Below are positions 10,099 through 20,900 of a DNA stretch of 64,000 nt, piece by piece. The translations under genes were made by a program, and so were the position numbers. The notes beneath the pieces were generated by a model. That model saw only the letters and a program-made list of their open reading frames with translations. It had not been told where the DNA came from and made no database searches. Source of the DNA: an uncultured Syntrophomonadaceae bacterium. Its GTDB lineage: Bacteria; Bacillota; Dethiobacteria; DTU022. The stretch is taken from contig CAZBKZ010000007.1 of assembly GCA_964492615.1 (NCBI GenBank), positions 1,883 through 65,882 on the forward strand, given 5' to 3'. Every line of letters starts with the position of its first letter. Within the stretch, counting starts at the first letter, position 1.

Positions 10099-12003
10099 TT
10101 ATTTTAAATAGATCACAATGTGAATCATGCCGCAATCCCATTTGCGATCATAGCGCAGACCAAGCTTATCAATCAGTTTTAAAACAGTCATATTTTCTGG
10201 CATCACGTCGGCTGTAAAAGTGTGCAAACCTTCGCTCTTCGCCACTGTTACCAGGTGGGATAACAGTTCAAAACCGATCCCCTTACCCTGAAAATCATCC
10301 CTGACTACTATTGATGCTTCAGCCGACAGAGTATCTTCACCGATACAGTACTGGGCTATGCCGGCAATTACTTCCTGATCAAGGTCTTTCTTAACCGCCA
10401 GGATAGCCATTTCACGGGTGTAATCGATCACTATAAAATGCTTTTGAAGCTCGGCATGCGACATCTGGCGCCTGAACGTCAAAAAACGGCTGTAAAAACT
10501 ATTATCTGAAAGGGAATAGTAAAAATCCTTGATTAAGGGTTCGTCGCTGATTTTCACCGGACGCATAAAGAGCCTCACATTGCGTTTGGTGGTACGATGA
10601 GCTTCCAGGTGTTCGGGATACTGCCCTTTTTCGCCGGGCAGAAATGCCTGATCTTTATAAATAAGACACCTTTTTTTAGCCTCTTCGATCAGCCAGGGTC
10701 GAAACTTGGGGTGAGCAATGGCTATCAGGGACATGGCTCTTTCACGTATATTTTTACCATGCAGGTGCGCAATGCCGTACTCGGTAACCACGTAATGAAT
10801 ATCGCCCCTGGTCAGGGTCACTCCGGCTCCCTCCTTCAGGGCAGGGACGACCCGTGAAGCTTCTTCATCGCGGGTGGTGGACTGCAGGGCAAGAATATTT
10901 TTGCCACCCCTGGCTAAAACCGCGCCGCGCATGAAATTCGCCTGCCCTCCGATGCCGCTGTAGAAAGTACTGCCCAGTGATTCAGCTGAAGCCTGCCCGC
11001 TTAAATCCAGTTCTAAAGCGCTGTTGATAGCGGTCATCCTTTCCTGGTCGGCAATAACCAGGGGATCGTTTGTGTAATCGATCTCCTTGAAACGGATACA
11101 GGGGTTATCATGCAGGTAATCATAGGTTTCATGGCGGCCCATGCAAAATGAGGCAACCGTTATTTCACGGTTCCTGTTTTTACAGCTGTTGTTAACCACG
11201 CCTTTCTTAACCAGGTCAACTAAACCATCGCTGAGCATCTCGGAATGTACACCCAGGTTGCGCTTATCTCCAAAACAGGAAAGAATACCGTTTGGAACAC
11301 TGCCGTAACCGATCTGGATTGTGTCACCATCCTCGACGATCTGCGACACGTATTGGCCAATCTTTTTAACAATTTCTCCATCGAGGGAAGGAGGAATATA
11401 TTCAAGCAGGGGTTCGTCATGGTGCACAAAGTGGTCTATCTTTGAAGCATGGATAAAGGTATCACCATGCACACGCGGCATCCGGTTGTTGATCTGGGCA
11501 ATAACCAAGTCAGCATTTTCAGCAGCTGCCCTGGTTATATCAAGGCTGATTCCCAGGCTCACAAAGCCGTGTTCATCAGGCGGAGAAACCTGGATTAAGG
11601 CTACATCAACCGGCACCTGGCGGTTACGGAACATTTCGGGCACTTCGGATAAAAAAATTGGTGTATAATCGGCCAGGCCCTCGTTAACAGCAGTACGGCT
11701 ATTATGACTGATGAAAAAAGAATTCTGCCTGAAAATGTTCTTAAACTTTTCATCATAATAAGGGGTAACCCCGAGCGTCCAGACGTGTAAAATCTCGGTG
11801 TCGTAAAAAGCCTTCGGGTTTGATTCAACATATTCAACCAGGGTGCGGACCAGGTATTGAGGTTCCGCACAACCGGTAGATATAAAAATACGGTCACCAG
11901 CCCTGATTTTGCAGTAAATATCATTCAATGAGGCAAATTTTTTTGGGTAATTTTCGCGCAGTGCATCTATACCGTTAATATTAATCACCTTCCCTCGCCC
12001 CAT
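10099..12003 (-). CDS. Acetyl-CoA hydrolase/CoA-transferase fused to a C-terminal GNAT domain
   Basis: QVSPPD, HSEM (catalytic Glu), SGIGGQ, VTEYGIA; C-terminal 'VRDDFQGKGIG' GNAT motif A; start uncertain. Confidence 0.85.
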   Translation of the reverse strand: MGRGKVININGIDALRENYPKKFASLNDIYCKIRAGDRIFISTGCAEPQYLVRTLVEYVESNPKAFYDTEILHVWTLGVTPYYDEKFKNIFRQNSFFISHNSRTAVNEGLADYTPIFLSEVPEMFRNRQVPVDVALIQVSPPDEHGFVSLGISLDITRAAAENADLVIAQINNRMPRVHGDTFIHASKIDHFVHHDEPLLEYIPPSLDGEIVKKIGQYVSQIVEDGDTIQIGYGSVPNGILSCFGDKRNLGVHSEMLSDGLVDLVKKGVVNNSCKNRNREITVASFCMGRHETYDYLHDNPCIRFKEIDYTNDPLVIADQERMTAINSALELDLSGQASAESLGSTFYSGIGGQANFMRGAVLARGGKNILALQSTTRDEEASRVVPALKEGAGVTLTRGDIHYVVTEYGIAHLHGKNIRERAMSLIAIAHPKFRPWLIEEAKKRCLIYKDQAFLPGEKGQYPEHLEAHRTTKRNVRLFMRPVKISDEPLIKDFYYSLSDNSFYSRFLTFRRQMSHAELQKHFIVIDYTREMAILAVKKDLDQEVIAGIAQYCIGEDTLSAEASIVVRDDFQGKGIGFELLSHLVTVAKSEGLHTFTADVMPENMTVLKLIDKLGLRYDRKWDCGMIHIVIYLK

Positions 12004-12117
12004 TTTATCAATTTGGCCCCGTTGTAGCAACAGATGCCCTGTATCCTGCCTGTAGCAGGCTTCAGAAAGAAAAGGTATAATAATAATATATGTGAAGAAA
12101 ACCGAAGGAGGCAAATA

Positions 12118-12774
12118 ATGAAACTATACCTGGATACGGCCAATATTGAAGAGATAAGGGAAGCCGTCGAATGGGGTGTAATCTGCGGAGTTACAACAAA
12201 TCCTTCCCTGGCGGCCAGGGAGGACGAAGATTTTGCTCAAATTTTACCGGCTATCTGCGATCTGGTTGATGGACCGGTTAGTGCAGAGGTTCTCTCACTC
12301 GATCATGAAGGCATGATCAAAGAAGCCAGAATCCTGGCCAAAGTTCACCAGAACGTGGTTATTAAAATCCCCATAATTCCGGAAGGAATGAAAGCAGTTA
12401 AAGTTCTTGCTGCCGAGGGAATCAAAGTTAATGTAACTCTGGTATTCTCAGCCAACCAGGCCCTGCTGGCCGCAAGGGCAGGAGCTGCCTATATAAGCCC
12501 CTTCATCGGCAGGCTTGATGATATCGGCCATACCGGCGTGGAGCTGGTCCGCGATATTGTAGATATAATAGACCTGCACGACCTCGAGTGCGAAGTTATA
12601 GCCGCCAGCATCCGTCACACCGAGCACGTCCCGGCGGTAGCCCTGGCCGGGGCACATATTGCTACCCTGCCTTTTAAAGTGTTACAGCAGATGTTTAAAC
12701 ATCCTCTTACCGATATAGGAGTTGAAAATTTCCTGAGGGACTGGAACAAGGCCCAGGAGAAGAAAAAAGCATAA
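12118..12774 (+). CDS. tal: Transaldolase / fructose-6-phosphate aldolase (MipB/TalC type)
   Basis: [31 protein letters not shown]; AGGAGG RBS before ATG 12118. Confidence 0.9.
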   Translation: MKLYLDTANIEEIREAVEWGVICGVTTNPSLAAREDEDFAQILPAICDLVDGPVSAEVLSLDHEGMIKEARILAKVHQNVVIKIPIIPEGMKAVKVLAAEGIKVNVTLVFSANQALLAARAGAAYISPFIGRLDDIGHTGVELVRDIVDIIDLHDLECEVIAASIRHTEHVPAVALAGAHIATLPFKVLQQMFKHPLTDIGVENFLRDWNKAQEKKKA

Positions 12775-12809
12775 CCTTGCCCCCGGGGCGAGGTTTGTAA
12801 GGAGATAGC

Positions 12810-13823
12810 ATGACTAAAATCCGTTCAATTGGCAGCATCATCTTGTTGGCTGCTGCCTTATTCCTTGTAATTAATGCATTCCTGCTCCTTTCTGAAGCAG
12901 GGAATGAAAACTCAGGTGAAACCGAAGTGGTCAGGGGGCAGACTATCACCCCCTATTTTTCCACGGATGAAGGTCAAAAAGCTCCTGTCGAAATATATTA
13001 TTACCCCGCGGACCCCTCTCCCGGTGATTTTTTGCTGGTTGAAGCCGGCCCTGTTGATGAGAACAAACCTTTTTTTATTGATTTTGATTTTCAGGGCGAG
13101 ATAACCGGTTTTTACCATGCCGGAGGGCTTTTGTATACCATTATTGCGATCAGCTGCGATGCCGAAATTGACAGCTACAGTCTTGAATTAAAAGAGGGAA
13201 CCCGGCAGTCGCCGGGCGCTGTGCAGACCCAAAGCAGTCTGACCCTGGCTGAAAAAGAGTTTCCCCTTTCCCGGTTCAGCATGCCGGCTGAAAGGACAGA
13301 AGGCTGGACTGCGGAGCGGCTGGCAGAAGATCGTGAAAAAGTGCGGCTGGCCAGGGCAGAGAGCGAGCCTTATCCCCTCTGGGAAGGTTTATTTGTTTCC
13401 CCTCTAGAAGGACGTATCACCTCGGAATACGGGGCAATCCGCATTATAAACGACAACCCTCCCCGCCGGCACATGGGCATTGATATCGGGGCTCCCGAGG
13501 GAGAACCGGTTGTTGCTCCAAACCACGGTATCGTGCGTCTGGCCGAGTTTTTACTCTCAGGCGGCAACACTGTTATTATTGACCACGGTATGGGACTGTC
13601 CAGCACTTACATGCACCTGCATACAATCGAGGTTGAAGTTGACAGCATAGTTGAAAAGGAACAGTTGATCGGTACAGTAGGTATGACCGGTTATGCTACA
13701 GGCAACCACCTGCACTGGGAGGTAAATATCGACCAGACTGCTGTGAACCCACAGCAGCTACTGGGAAATGACCTGCGCTGGATTCCGCCTGCTTATACAG
13801 CTGCTTTTTTGCATAGCCAGTAA
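12810..13823 (+). CDS. M23 family peptidase with N-terminal signal/TM anchor
   Basis: HMGID, DHG, YMHL, HLHW motifs; hydrophobic N-terminus. Confidence 0.88.
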   Translation: MTKIRSIGSIILLAAALFLVINAFLLLSEAGNENSGETEVVRGQTITPYFSTDEGQKAPVEIYYYPADPSPGDFLLVEAGPVDENKPFFIDFDFQGEITGFYHAGGLLYTIIAISCDAEIDSYSLELKEGTRQSPGAVQTQSSLTLAEKEFPLSRFSMPAERTEGWTAERLAEDREKVRLARAESEPYPLWEGLFVSPLEGRITSEYGAIRIINDNPPRRHMGIDIGAPEGEPVVAPNHGIVRLAEFLLSGGNTVIIDHGMGLSSTYMHLHTIEVEVDSIVEKEQLIGTVGMTGYATGNHLHWEVNIDQTAVNPQQLLGNDLRWIPPAYTAAFLHSQ

Positions 13824-13858
13824 ATACAGAACGAGTGATTCGGGATTGGAGGATATTT

Positions 13859-16639
13859 ATGTACGACATTGCCATTATCGGAGCAGGTATTATTGGAACA
13901 GCCCTGGCCAGGGAATTGTCAAAATACAGGCTCAACCTAATTTTAATTGAGAAAGACAGCGATGTGGCCAACGGCACCACCAAGGCCAACAGCGCCATTG
14001 TTCATGCTGGATTCGACCCCGATCCGGACAGCCTGAAAGGCCGCTTAAACGGGGAAGGAAACCGCCTTTTTAAAGAGCTCTGCCGTGAGCTGGATGTGCC
14101 TTTTCACAGGATCGGTTCACTGGTGATTGCATTTTGCGATGAGGAAATGAAAACCCTTGAGGAACTTTATCATCGCGGCCAGGAAAATAAAATTCCCGGT
14201 TTAAGAATTGTTGGCAGGCAAGAGCTGCATGAGATGGAACCAAACCTGAGCGATGAAGCATGCGGGGCTCTATATGCGGCAACGGCTGCCATTACCGACC
14301 CCTACCTGCTGGCCATAGCCCTGGCCGAAAGCGCCGTCGAAAACGGAACCGATATTAAACTAGACAGTCCTGTTAAAGCAATAAAGAAAGTGGACGGTTG
14401 TTTCCACATCAGCTGTAACAGTGAAACAATAGAGAGCCGTTACGTGGTAAATGCAGCAGGCCTCTTTGCAGACCAGATCAACGAAATGCTTAATCCACCT
14501 TCGTTTAAAATAAAGCCGACCAGGGGCGAATATTTTCTACTCGATAAGAAGACCGGTCATCATGCCAGGCACGTTTTGTTCCCTTGCCCGACTAAAGCCG
14601 GCAAGGGAGTATTAATCTCTCCCACTGCGCACGGCAACCTGATTATAGGGCCAAACGCCGAAACGGTTGATGCACCCGATGCCCTGCAGACAACGGCCGG
14701 AGGCCTTGACTTTGTTCGTCGGAATGCGGAAAAAATTAAAAAGAATCTGCCCTTCAATGATGTAATAACCAGCTTCAGCGGGCTGAGGGCTAAAACGGAT
14801 CGTGGCGATTTTATAATCGAGGAATCTACCGACTCACCCGGCTTTTTTAATGTTGCCGGAATCGAATCCCCTGGGCTGGCAGCAGCCCCTGCCATAGCTG
14901 TTTACGTAGCCGGACTGCTGCAGGAAAAGGCAGGATCTTTCGAAACAAAGCAATCTTTTAAAGCACGGCCTAAGAATCACACCCCCTTTATGTCTTTGGA
15001 TGACGATACCAGGGCAAGAATGATTGCCGAAGATCCCCGTTACGGCAGAATATTATGCCGATGTGAAAACATTACTGAAGGTGAAATAGTAAGGGCAATT
15101 CAGGGACCGCTCGGGGCCAGAACGGTAGACGGGATCAAAAAAAGAGTCAGGCCGGGCAGCGGGCGCTGCCAGGGTGGTTTCTGCGGGCCCCGGGTGATGC
15201 AGATCCTTGCCCGTGAGCTGGGCAGGGAAATGCCTGAAATAAAAAAAGATAACCCCGGTTCATACATACTGACCGGGACAACCAAGGGTAAAGAGGTGGA
15301 ACAAAGAGAACCCGGCGCTGTCGGCAAATGCCCTCCTCCCACCTCCAACCTTAAAATTGAAGACAAGGTCAAAGAAAAATACGAACTGGTTATAATCGGA
15401 GGCGGTCCAGCTGGTATGGCAGCAGCCGTGGCAGCGCGTGAAGAAGGTATCGAAGATATCCTGGTCATCGAACGGGATCATGAACTGGGCGGTATTTTGC
15501 AGCAATGCATCCATAACGGTTTCGGCCTGCACCAGTTCAGGGAAGAACTGACCGGGCCCGAGTACGCCGAACGCTTCATCAATTTACTAAAGGAAAAAGA
15601 AATCACCTGCAAGCTGGATACCATGGTTCTATCTGTCGGCCAAGATAAAACTATCACCTATATAAACACTGCCGACGGTATAACCACCATTCAGGCCGGA
15701 TCCATAGTGCTGGCCATGGGCTGCCGGGAAAGAACCAGGGGAGCGATCAATATCCCCGGAACCAGGCCGGCCGGCATTTTTTCTGCAGGTACAGCCCAGC
15801 GTTTCGTTAATATTGAAGGGTACATGGTGGGACGCAAAGTTGTTGTGTTCGGTTCGGGCGATATCGGCCTGATCATGGCCCGGCGCATTGTATTGGAAGG
15901 CGGTGAAGTGGTTGCCGTTATCGAACGTAAGCCGTATTCCGAAGGTCTGGTCCGCAACTTTGTCCAGTGCATCCAGGATTTTGACATTCCCATGCTGTTG
16001 GAACATACCATTGTCGATATAAAGGGAAAAGACCGGGTGGAAGGAATCACCATAGCAAAAACCGACAGCAGCAAGCGGCCGCTGCCCGGCACGGAACGGG
16101 ACCTTGAATGTGATACTATTCTTTTTTCGAGAGGTTTAATACCTGAAAACGAACTCTCCAAGAGCGCAGGAGTTAAACTTCACCCTCACACAGGCGGGCC
16201 GGTGGTTAATGAAGCGATGGAAACAAGCGTGGAAGGTATTTTTGCCTGCGGCAACGTGGTTCACGTCCACGACCTGGTCGACTGGGTCACTGACGAAAGT
16301 TATAAAGCCGGCAAGGGTGCAGCTGCTTATGTCAGGGACAAAAACTCCAGGCAAAAAGATTTTCAATTTAAAACCAGTCCGCTCAGCGGAGTGGGCTATA
16401 TAGTGCCCCACCTGGTTCGACCCGGGCAGATGGGTGAAACCCTGGAAATGTACATGCGGGTTAAGGGTAACCACGAAAACGCAGCCCTGTTGGTTAAAGC
16501 AGACGGACAACTAGTTAAAACAGTAAAGAAAAAAGTACTTACCCCGGGTGAAATGGTCGTGATCAAAATGAAAAAGAGCGAGCTGCCTGAAAACAGTTTT
16601 GAAGAACTAAGCATAGAACTGTCCGGGGAGGCGAAATAG
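13859..16639 (+). CDS. Fused GlpA/LhgO-like FAD oxidoreductase (with BFD-like [2Fe-2S]) and NAD(P)/FAD-dependent oxidoreductase
   Basis: GAGIIG; CRCE...GRCQGGFC BFD motif; second Rossmann fold GGGPAG, QCIHNGFG, GSGDIG, ACGNVVHVHDLVD in one continuous frame. Confidence 0.85.
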   Translation: MYDIAIIGAGIIGTALARELSKYRLNLILIEKDSDVANGTTKANSAIVHAGFDPDPDSLKGRLNGEGNRLFKELCRELDVPFHRIGSLVIAFCDEEMKTLEELYHRGQENKIPGLRIVGRQELHEMEPNLSDEACGALYAATAAITDPYLLAIALAESAVENGTDIKLDSPVKAIKKVDGCFHISCNSETIESRYVVNAAGLFADQINEMLNPPSFKIKPTRGEYFLLDKKTGHHARHVLFPCPTKAGKGVLISPTAHGNLIIGPNAETVDAPDALQTTAGGLDFVRRNAEKIKKNLPFNDVITSFSGLRAKTDRGDFIIEESTDSPGFFNVAGIESPGLAAAPAIAVYVAGLLQEKAGSFETKQSFKARPKNHTPFMSLDDDTRARMIAEDPRYGRILCRCENITEGEIVRAIQGPLGARTVDGIKKRVRPGSGRCQGGFCGPRVMQILARELGREMPEIKKDNPGSYILTGTTKGKEVEQREPGAVGKCPPPTSNLKIEDKVKEKYELVIIGGGPAGMAAAVAAREEGIEDILVIERDHELGGILQQCIHNGFGLHQFREELTGPEYAERFINLLKEKEITCKLDTMVLSVGQDKTITYINTADGITTIQAGSIVLAMGCRERTRGAINIPGTRPAGIFSAGTAQRFVNIEGYMVGRKVVVFGSGDIGLIMARRIVLEGGEVVAVIERKPYSEGLVRNFVQCIQDFDIPMLLEHTIVDIKGKDRVEGITIAKTDSSKRPLPGTERDLECDTILFSRGLIPENELSKSAGVKLHPHTGGPVVNEAMETSVEGIFACGNVVHVHDLVDWVTDESYKAGKGAAAYVRDKNSRQKDFQFKTSPLSGVGYIVPHLVRPGQMGETLEMYMRVKGNHENAALLVKADGQLVKTVKKKVLTPGEMVVIKMKKSELPENSFEELSIELSGEAK

Positions 16640-16641
16640 CA

Positions 16642-17022
16642 ATGACTGAAAATAACCATAATGAAAAAGAGATTATCTGTATCCTGTGCCCGTTGGGCTG
16701 TAAAATGCTCGTCTCAGAAAAAACCGGTGAACCCGAAGAATTTACCCTGCGCGGGCAGCAGTGCAAAAAAGGGCGCGATTATGCCCGCGAGGAGTTCACC
16801 AACCCCACCAGGACCCTTACCACAACTATTGCGATTAAAGGTACTGTGTTGCCCAGGCTGCCGGTAAAAACAAGTAAACCGATCCCGAAGAAAATGATCT
16901 ACGCCGCCGCCGAAGAAATAGCGGGAGTGGAAATAGAAGGGCCTGTAAAAATGGGCGATGTGATCATCAGCGACCTGCTCGGCAGCGGAATTGATGTTGT
17001 AGCGTCACGCAGTCTGGAATAG
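16642..17022 (+). CDS. DUF1667 domain protein (CxxC metal-binding partner of the oxidoreductase)
   Basis: CILCPLGC, CKKG, PTRTLTTT, LPVKT. Confidence 0.85.
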   Translation: MTENNHNEKEIICILCPLGCKMLVSEKTGEPEEFTLRGQQCKKGRDYAREEFTNPTRTLTTTIAIKGTVLPRLPVKTSKPIPKKMIYAAAEEIAGVEIEGPVKMGDVIISDLLGSGIDVVASRSLE

Positions 17023-17043
17023 GTTTAAAGCAGTCGCGGCAGT

Positions 17044-18294
17044 CTAGCGCAAAACCATTTTTTCAGGAAAATCCCGGCGGCGGGAGGTATTCCACATTTT
17101 GTCGATATAGGCCGTGGTGTAAATCTGCTCTATATCATGAAAAAGGTTAATGCCCTTGTCGGTTAGCAGGTAGTTGTCACCGGAGCGGTTGATAAACCCC
17201 AGCCTGGTGGCCAGATGAAGATCGGGTCCGAACATCTGCTCGATTTCTGTTCCGAATGTATTATAAAATTTTTCTCTGTTGAACTTCAGGTTGTAGGCGC
17301 TCCAGAAGAGATGGTACACTGCTCTCTGCCTTGGGCTAAAATCAAGGGTAAGCGAAGTCGGCAGCAACCCGTTCTCCACCCTGTCGATATAAGCCCGCAG
17401 AGAATGGCTGTTTATTTTAAAACTAGCGGGCAAAAGTGTGGCAGCAGAAAGACCGAAGCCCAGGTACGCTTCCCTGGTCACCGAAGAATATTGCTGCGTG
17501 CCGGGCCGGGCAAAAGTCCATACCGAGGTTCTCTCCAGGTTATTCTCCCTGCAGTAAAGGGTTAGTGCTTGCAGCATTTTCTTTTTCTCTGGAGCAGGCA
17601 TCGGTTTATAGTTATTGTGGGAATAAGAAAATTCGATAAAGGGATAGGTGGAAACCTGGGTTGCCCCGTGAAGAAAAGCTGTGGCCAGGTCATTAGTCAG
17701 GGTCTGGCTGTTCTGACCGGGTATGGCAAATATTAAATCAACATCTATCACATGAAAATGGCCTTCCCTGACAAGGGCCATTTTCTCTAAATAGTTAGAA
17801 CTGCTCCTGCCCAGCTTTTCCAGGCAGTTGTCGTTAAAAGACTGAAAACCTACTGAGACCATATTTACACCGGCTGCTTCAAGTTTCTGCAGCACCGACG
17901 GGCTTATATCATCGGGATGAAGTTCTACTCCAATTCCTCCGGATATCTTAAAATAATAGCCTAAGTGGTCGATGATTTCTGGAAGATGTTCGATCATCGT
18001 GACCGGCGTTCCCCCTCCGAAATAAAGACTGGTCGCCTCCCTCCTGCCTGCCCCGTTGCGGCAGACCAGTTCTATTTCCTGCAACAAAGCCGCCCTGTAT
18101 AACTGTGCCTTTTCCTGGTCATAGAGTTCTTTACAGTAGGGGCAAAATGAGCAGACAGACCTGCAGAAAGGAATATGCACGTAAAGCCCAAGCGCCTGCG
18201 GAGAATGGTAATCAAGGGTTGAAGCAAAACGGTTGTGGAATACAAAGGGTTTAAAGGAGCGGGTAAGAAAAATTCTGAGCGCTGAGGTTAACAA
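17044..18294 (-). CDS. Radical SAM protein, HemN/coproporphyrinogen III oxidase-like
   Basis: LYVHIPFC..VCSFCPY (CxxxCxxC), YFGGGTP, DLIFAIPGQ. Confidence 0.82.
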   Translation of the reverse strand: MLTSALRIFLTRSFKPFVFHNRFASTLDYHSPQALGLYVHIPFCRSVCSFCPYCKELYDQEKAQLYRAALLQEIELVCRNGAGRREATSLYFGGGTPVTMIEHLPEIIDHLGYYFKISGGIGVELHPDDISPSVLQKLEAAGVNMVSVGFQSFNDNCLEKLGRSSSNYLEKMALVREGHFHVIDVDLIFAIPGQNSQTLTNDLATAFLHGATQVSTYPFIEFSYSHNNYKPMPAPEKKKMLQALTLYCRENNLERTSVWTFARPGTQQYSSVTREAYLGFGLSAATLLPASFKINSHSLRAYIDRVENGLLPTSLTLDFSPRQRAVYHLFWSAYNLKFNREKFYNTFGTEIEQMFGPDLHLATRLGFINRSGDNYLLTDKGINLFHDIEQIYTTAYIDKMWNTSRRRDFPEKMVLR

Positions 18295-18364
18295 GAATAC
18301 TTGCCTCCCGGCCGGGTGATTTCAAGTTTATCTTACCTTCTTTGTCCGCAAACAGCAATCTAAA

Positions 18365-19699
18365 TTAACGGGGAGAGGCTTCCTCCCCGTCAGCAGCCTG
18401 AAAATAATTTCTGAAGAAGAAATGACCGATCAACGCACCGATAACTGCTGCAAAAACCCAGCCAAAGCCGGCCGCGCCACCCGGAAAAAAGTTTCGCAGG
18501 GCAAGCATAGTATCTCCCCCACCCAGCAGAACAGCATATCCGCCGAATCCCTCAAGAAGCCCCCATAAAAAAGCGGCCATGGCAGATCCTGCCCGCGCCC
18601 CTTTCAAAGAGGGAGCAATAACAATAAAAAGGACTATAACTATAGCCGGGGGGTAAACCATATCGAGGATCGGTGCGGTTAACCTGATGATCTCCTCCAG
18701 GCCGACCATGCTGACCAGACCGCTTAAAAACAGGGTTACTGCGGTGCAGGCCACGTATGGAAGTTTACCTCCCGAAGCTTCTTCAAAATATGCAGCAGTT
18801 CCCCCGCCAAGCCCTACTGCCGAGGTAAGGGCGGCAAAAAGCAGGGCAACATTAAAGACAACTCCACCGATTGGGCCCCAGAGCTCTAGAATAATCGTAG
18901 CATAGAGCCTGGCATAAGTAATATCAAGAAAAAGTTCTCCCGTAGAGGCGCCGACCAGCATCTGGGTGAAATGGCTTGTGCCGAGCAGCAGAAAACCTAT
19001 GCCAGCCGTAATAACCAGGTAGCGGTTGAGGCTCTTTTCTTTCAAGCCGTGACTGCCGCTCAAACCGGCGATGACCAGGGTGGCAAACATCAGGGCCGCC
19101 GGCAGGTCCATTGTCTGGTAGCCATTCAGGAAACCATAGGTAAAGGGGTGTTCTGAATATAAAGGTGGTATCCATTCGGCCAGTGGTGAAACCAGGCTTC
19201 TAATTACCACGGCTGCAATGGTGACAAGCAGTACCGGCAGCAGGTAACGGGCAATTTTATCGATAACCTGGCTTCTGCGGTAAAGAAACCAGAATGCAGC
19301 AACATAGTAAAGGATCGTGAAAAGCAGCATACCCCAAAAAGGTGAACTTTCGAACCCCAGAATCTGGCAGATAGCATCCCAGGCTGCCGCGCTCATGCGC
19401 GGTATGGCAAAGAGCGGGCCCAAAACCAGAACTGTTAAGCCGCCAAAAACCTGGGCAAATGTGCGGTTAACTGAAAGATTTGCGATATTGAACAGGGTTC
19501 CTTCTTTCGAAACAGCAAGGTAGGCCAGCCAGGGAAAGATTACTGCTGAAATAAAAATACCCAGGTAAGCCAGTATAACTGCACTGCCGCTCTGCTGCCC
19601 CCAGGTAACAGGCCAGAGCATGCACGAACCTCCAAAATGCATGGCAAATACAGAACCGCCGATCGCTGCTGCAGTAAGTGGTTTCAACTGGTTTGACAT
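18365..19699 (-). CDS. Branched-chain amino acid:cation symporter (BrnQ family)
   Basis: FAMHFGG, GPLFAIPR, GYQTMD, ~12 TM segments. Confidence 0.82.
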   Translation of the reverse strand: MSNQLKPLTAAAIGGSVFAMHFGGSCMLWPVTWGQQSGSAVILAYLGIFISAVIFPWLAYLAVSKEGTLFNIANLSVNRTFAQVFGGLTVLVLGPLFAIPRMSAAAWDAICQILGFESSPFWGMLLFTILYYVAAFWFLYRRSQVIDKIARYLLPVLLVTIAAVVIRSLVSPLAEWIPPLYSEHPFTYGFLNGYQTMDLPAALMFATLVIAGLSGSHGLKEKSLNRYLVITAGIGFLLLGTSHFTQMLVGASTGELFLDITYARLYATIILELWGPIGGVVFNVALLFAALTSAVGLGGGTAAYFEEASGGKLPYVACTAVTLFLSGLVSMVGLEEIIRLTAPILDMVYPPAIVIVLFIVIAPSLKGARAGSAMAAFLWGLLEGFGGYAVLLGGGDTMLALRNFFPGGAAGFGWVFAAVIGALIGHFFFRNYFQAADGEEASPR

Positions 19700-19814
19700 C
19701 TGGTTCTTCGAACCTTTCATATTGTAAATATATTTGAGCAACGTGTTGCAATGCCATTAACTTAACATATTGGCTATTGAATCGCAAGATAGAAACCATG
19801 CTGTTCCATTAAGG

Positions 19815-20663
19815 CTATTCAATTCCGATCCTGAAAATATCTTGCAAAAATGTATCAGGTTGTTTCCCCGAAGCGCTGTACTCAAAAATACCCAGGCCAA
19901 CCAGGTTAAATTTCTCATTTAATCTTTTAATTAAGCTTAGCAGGGTTTGCGGCTTTAAACCGCCCGTTACCGGAACAGGAACATGGGGAAATTCTTCCGG
20001 GTCCAGCACGTCAAGGTCTAAATGAATATAAATATTTCCATCCATTCCGGAACCAGGATTGCTGAGCATGGAGTTTTCAACTGCCGTTATTAAACTTTCA
20101 CATCCTGCTTCAAGTTCTTTAACCTTCAGCACTTTTAAATCTGTTTTTTCAATATATGCGGTTTCGGCTGGATCAAGATCACGCAGCCCGGCCATAATCA
20201 CTTGAACAGGCTTCAGAACCGAGGGAAGCAAGCTTATGATAGTTGGGTCACCTTCTCCAAGTAATGTTCTGGCCGGCATGCCGTAGAAATAGCCGCTGGG
20301 CGAACTCCGGGGGGTATTCAAATCCCCGTGTGCATCAAACCAGATAACGGTCAGCCCTTCGTTATAAACTGCATTTAAATATGCTATGGGCAGCAGCCCT
20401 GCATCACATCCGCCACCGAGAGTAAAAATCTTTTGCGGCCGCTGAAAATCAATCAGCCTGGCGACATCTCTCATCTGCAGTAATATATCATCATAGCCGA
20501 AAATATCATTCTTTTTATCTGTGACAGGGCTGGTGCTTACGCTTACTTCTTCTAAGCCCACCTGCCCGGCGAGGTATTTCTTAAGCTCTACTGCCCCGTA
20601 ATATGGAGACAGGTCCGGACCACTACCCTGCCACTGAGGATAAAACAGATTTAGTTTTTCCAT
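19815..20663 (-). CDS. Arginase/ureohydrolase family protein
   Basis: LGGGC, WFDAHGD, HLDLDVLDP motifs. Confidence 0.82.
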   Translation of the reverse strand: MEKLNLFYPQWQGSGPDLSPYYGAVELKKYLAGQVGLEEVSVSTSPVTDKKNDIFGYDDILLQMRDVARLIDFQRPQKIFTLGGGCDAGLLPIAYLNAVYNEGLTVIWFDAHGDLNTPRSSPSGYFYGMPARTLLGEGDPTIISLLPSVLKPVQVIMAGLRDLDPAETAYIEKTDLKVLKVKELEAGCESLITAVENSMLSNPGSGMDGNIYIHLDLDVLDPEEFPHVPVPVTGGLKPQTLLSLIKRLNEKFNLVGLGIFEYSASGKQPDTFLQDIFRIGIE

Positions 20664-20900
20664 GCTGCTGCTTCCTTTCGCAACCTTAAAAGATTTATAT
20701 GCCTATATATAGCATAGCAACAATTCTACCTAACAGCACAGTAGCCTAATATCATAAAACATTATGATCCTCTTTATTCATCCTTCAGTTTTTACATGCA
20801 ACCGGTAAATCCAATTTCCCTAAATAAATTCATATCCAAATAATGAAAAGGCTGAAGACAAAAACAACAATTTGCTCAGACAGCAGCAAACCAGAGCACT

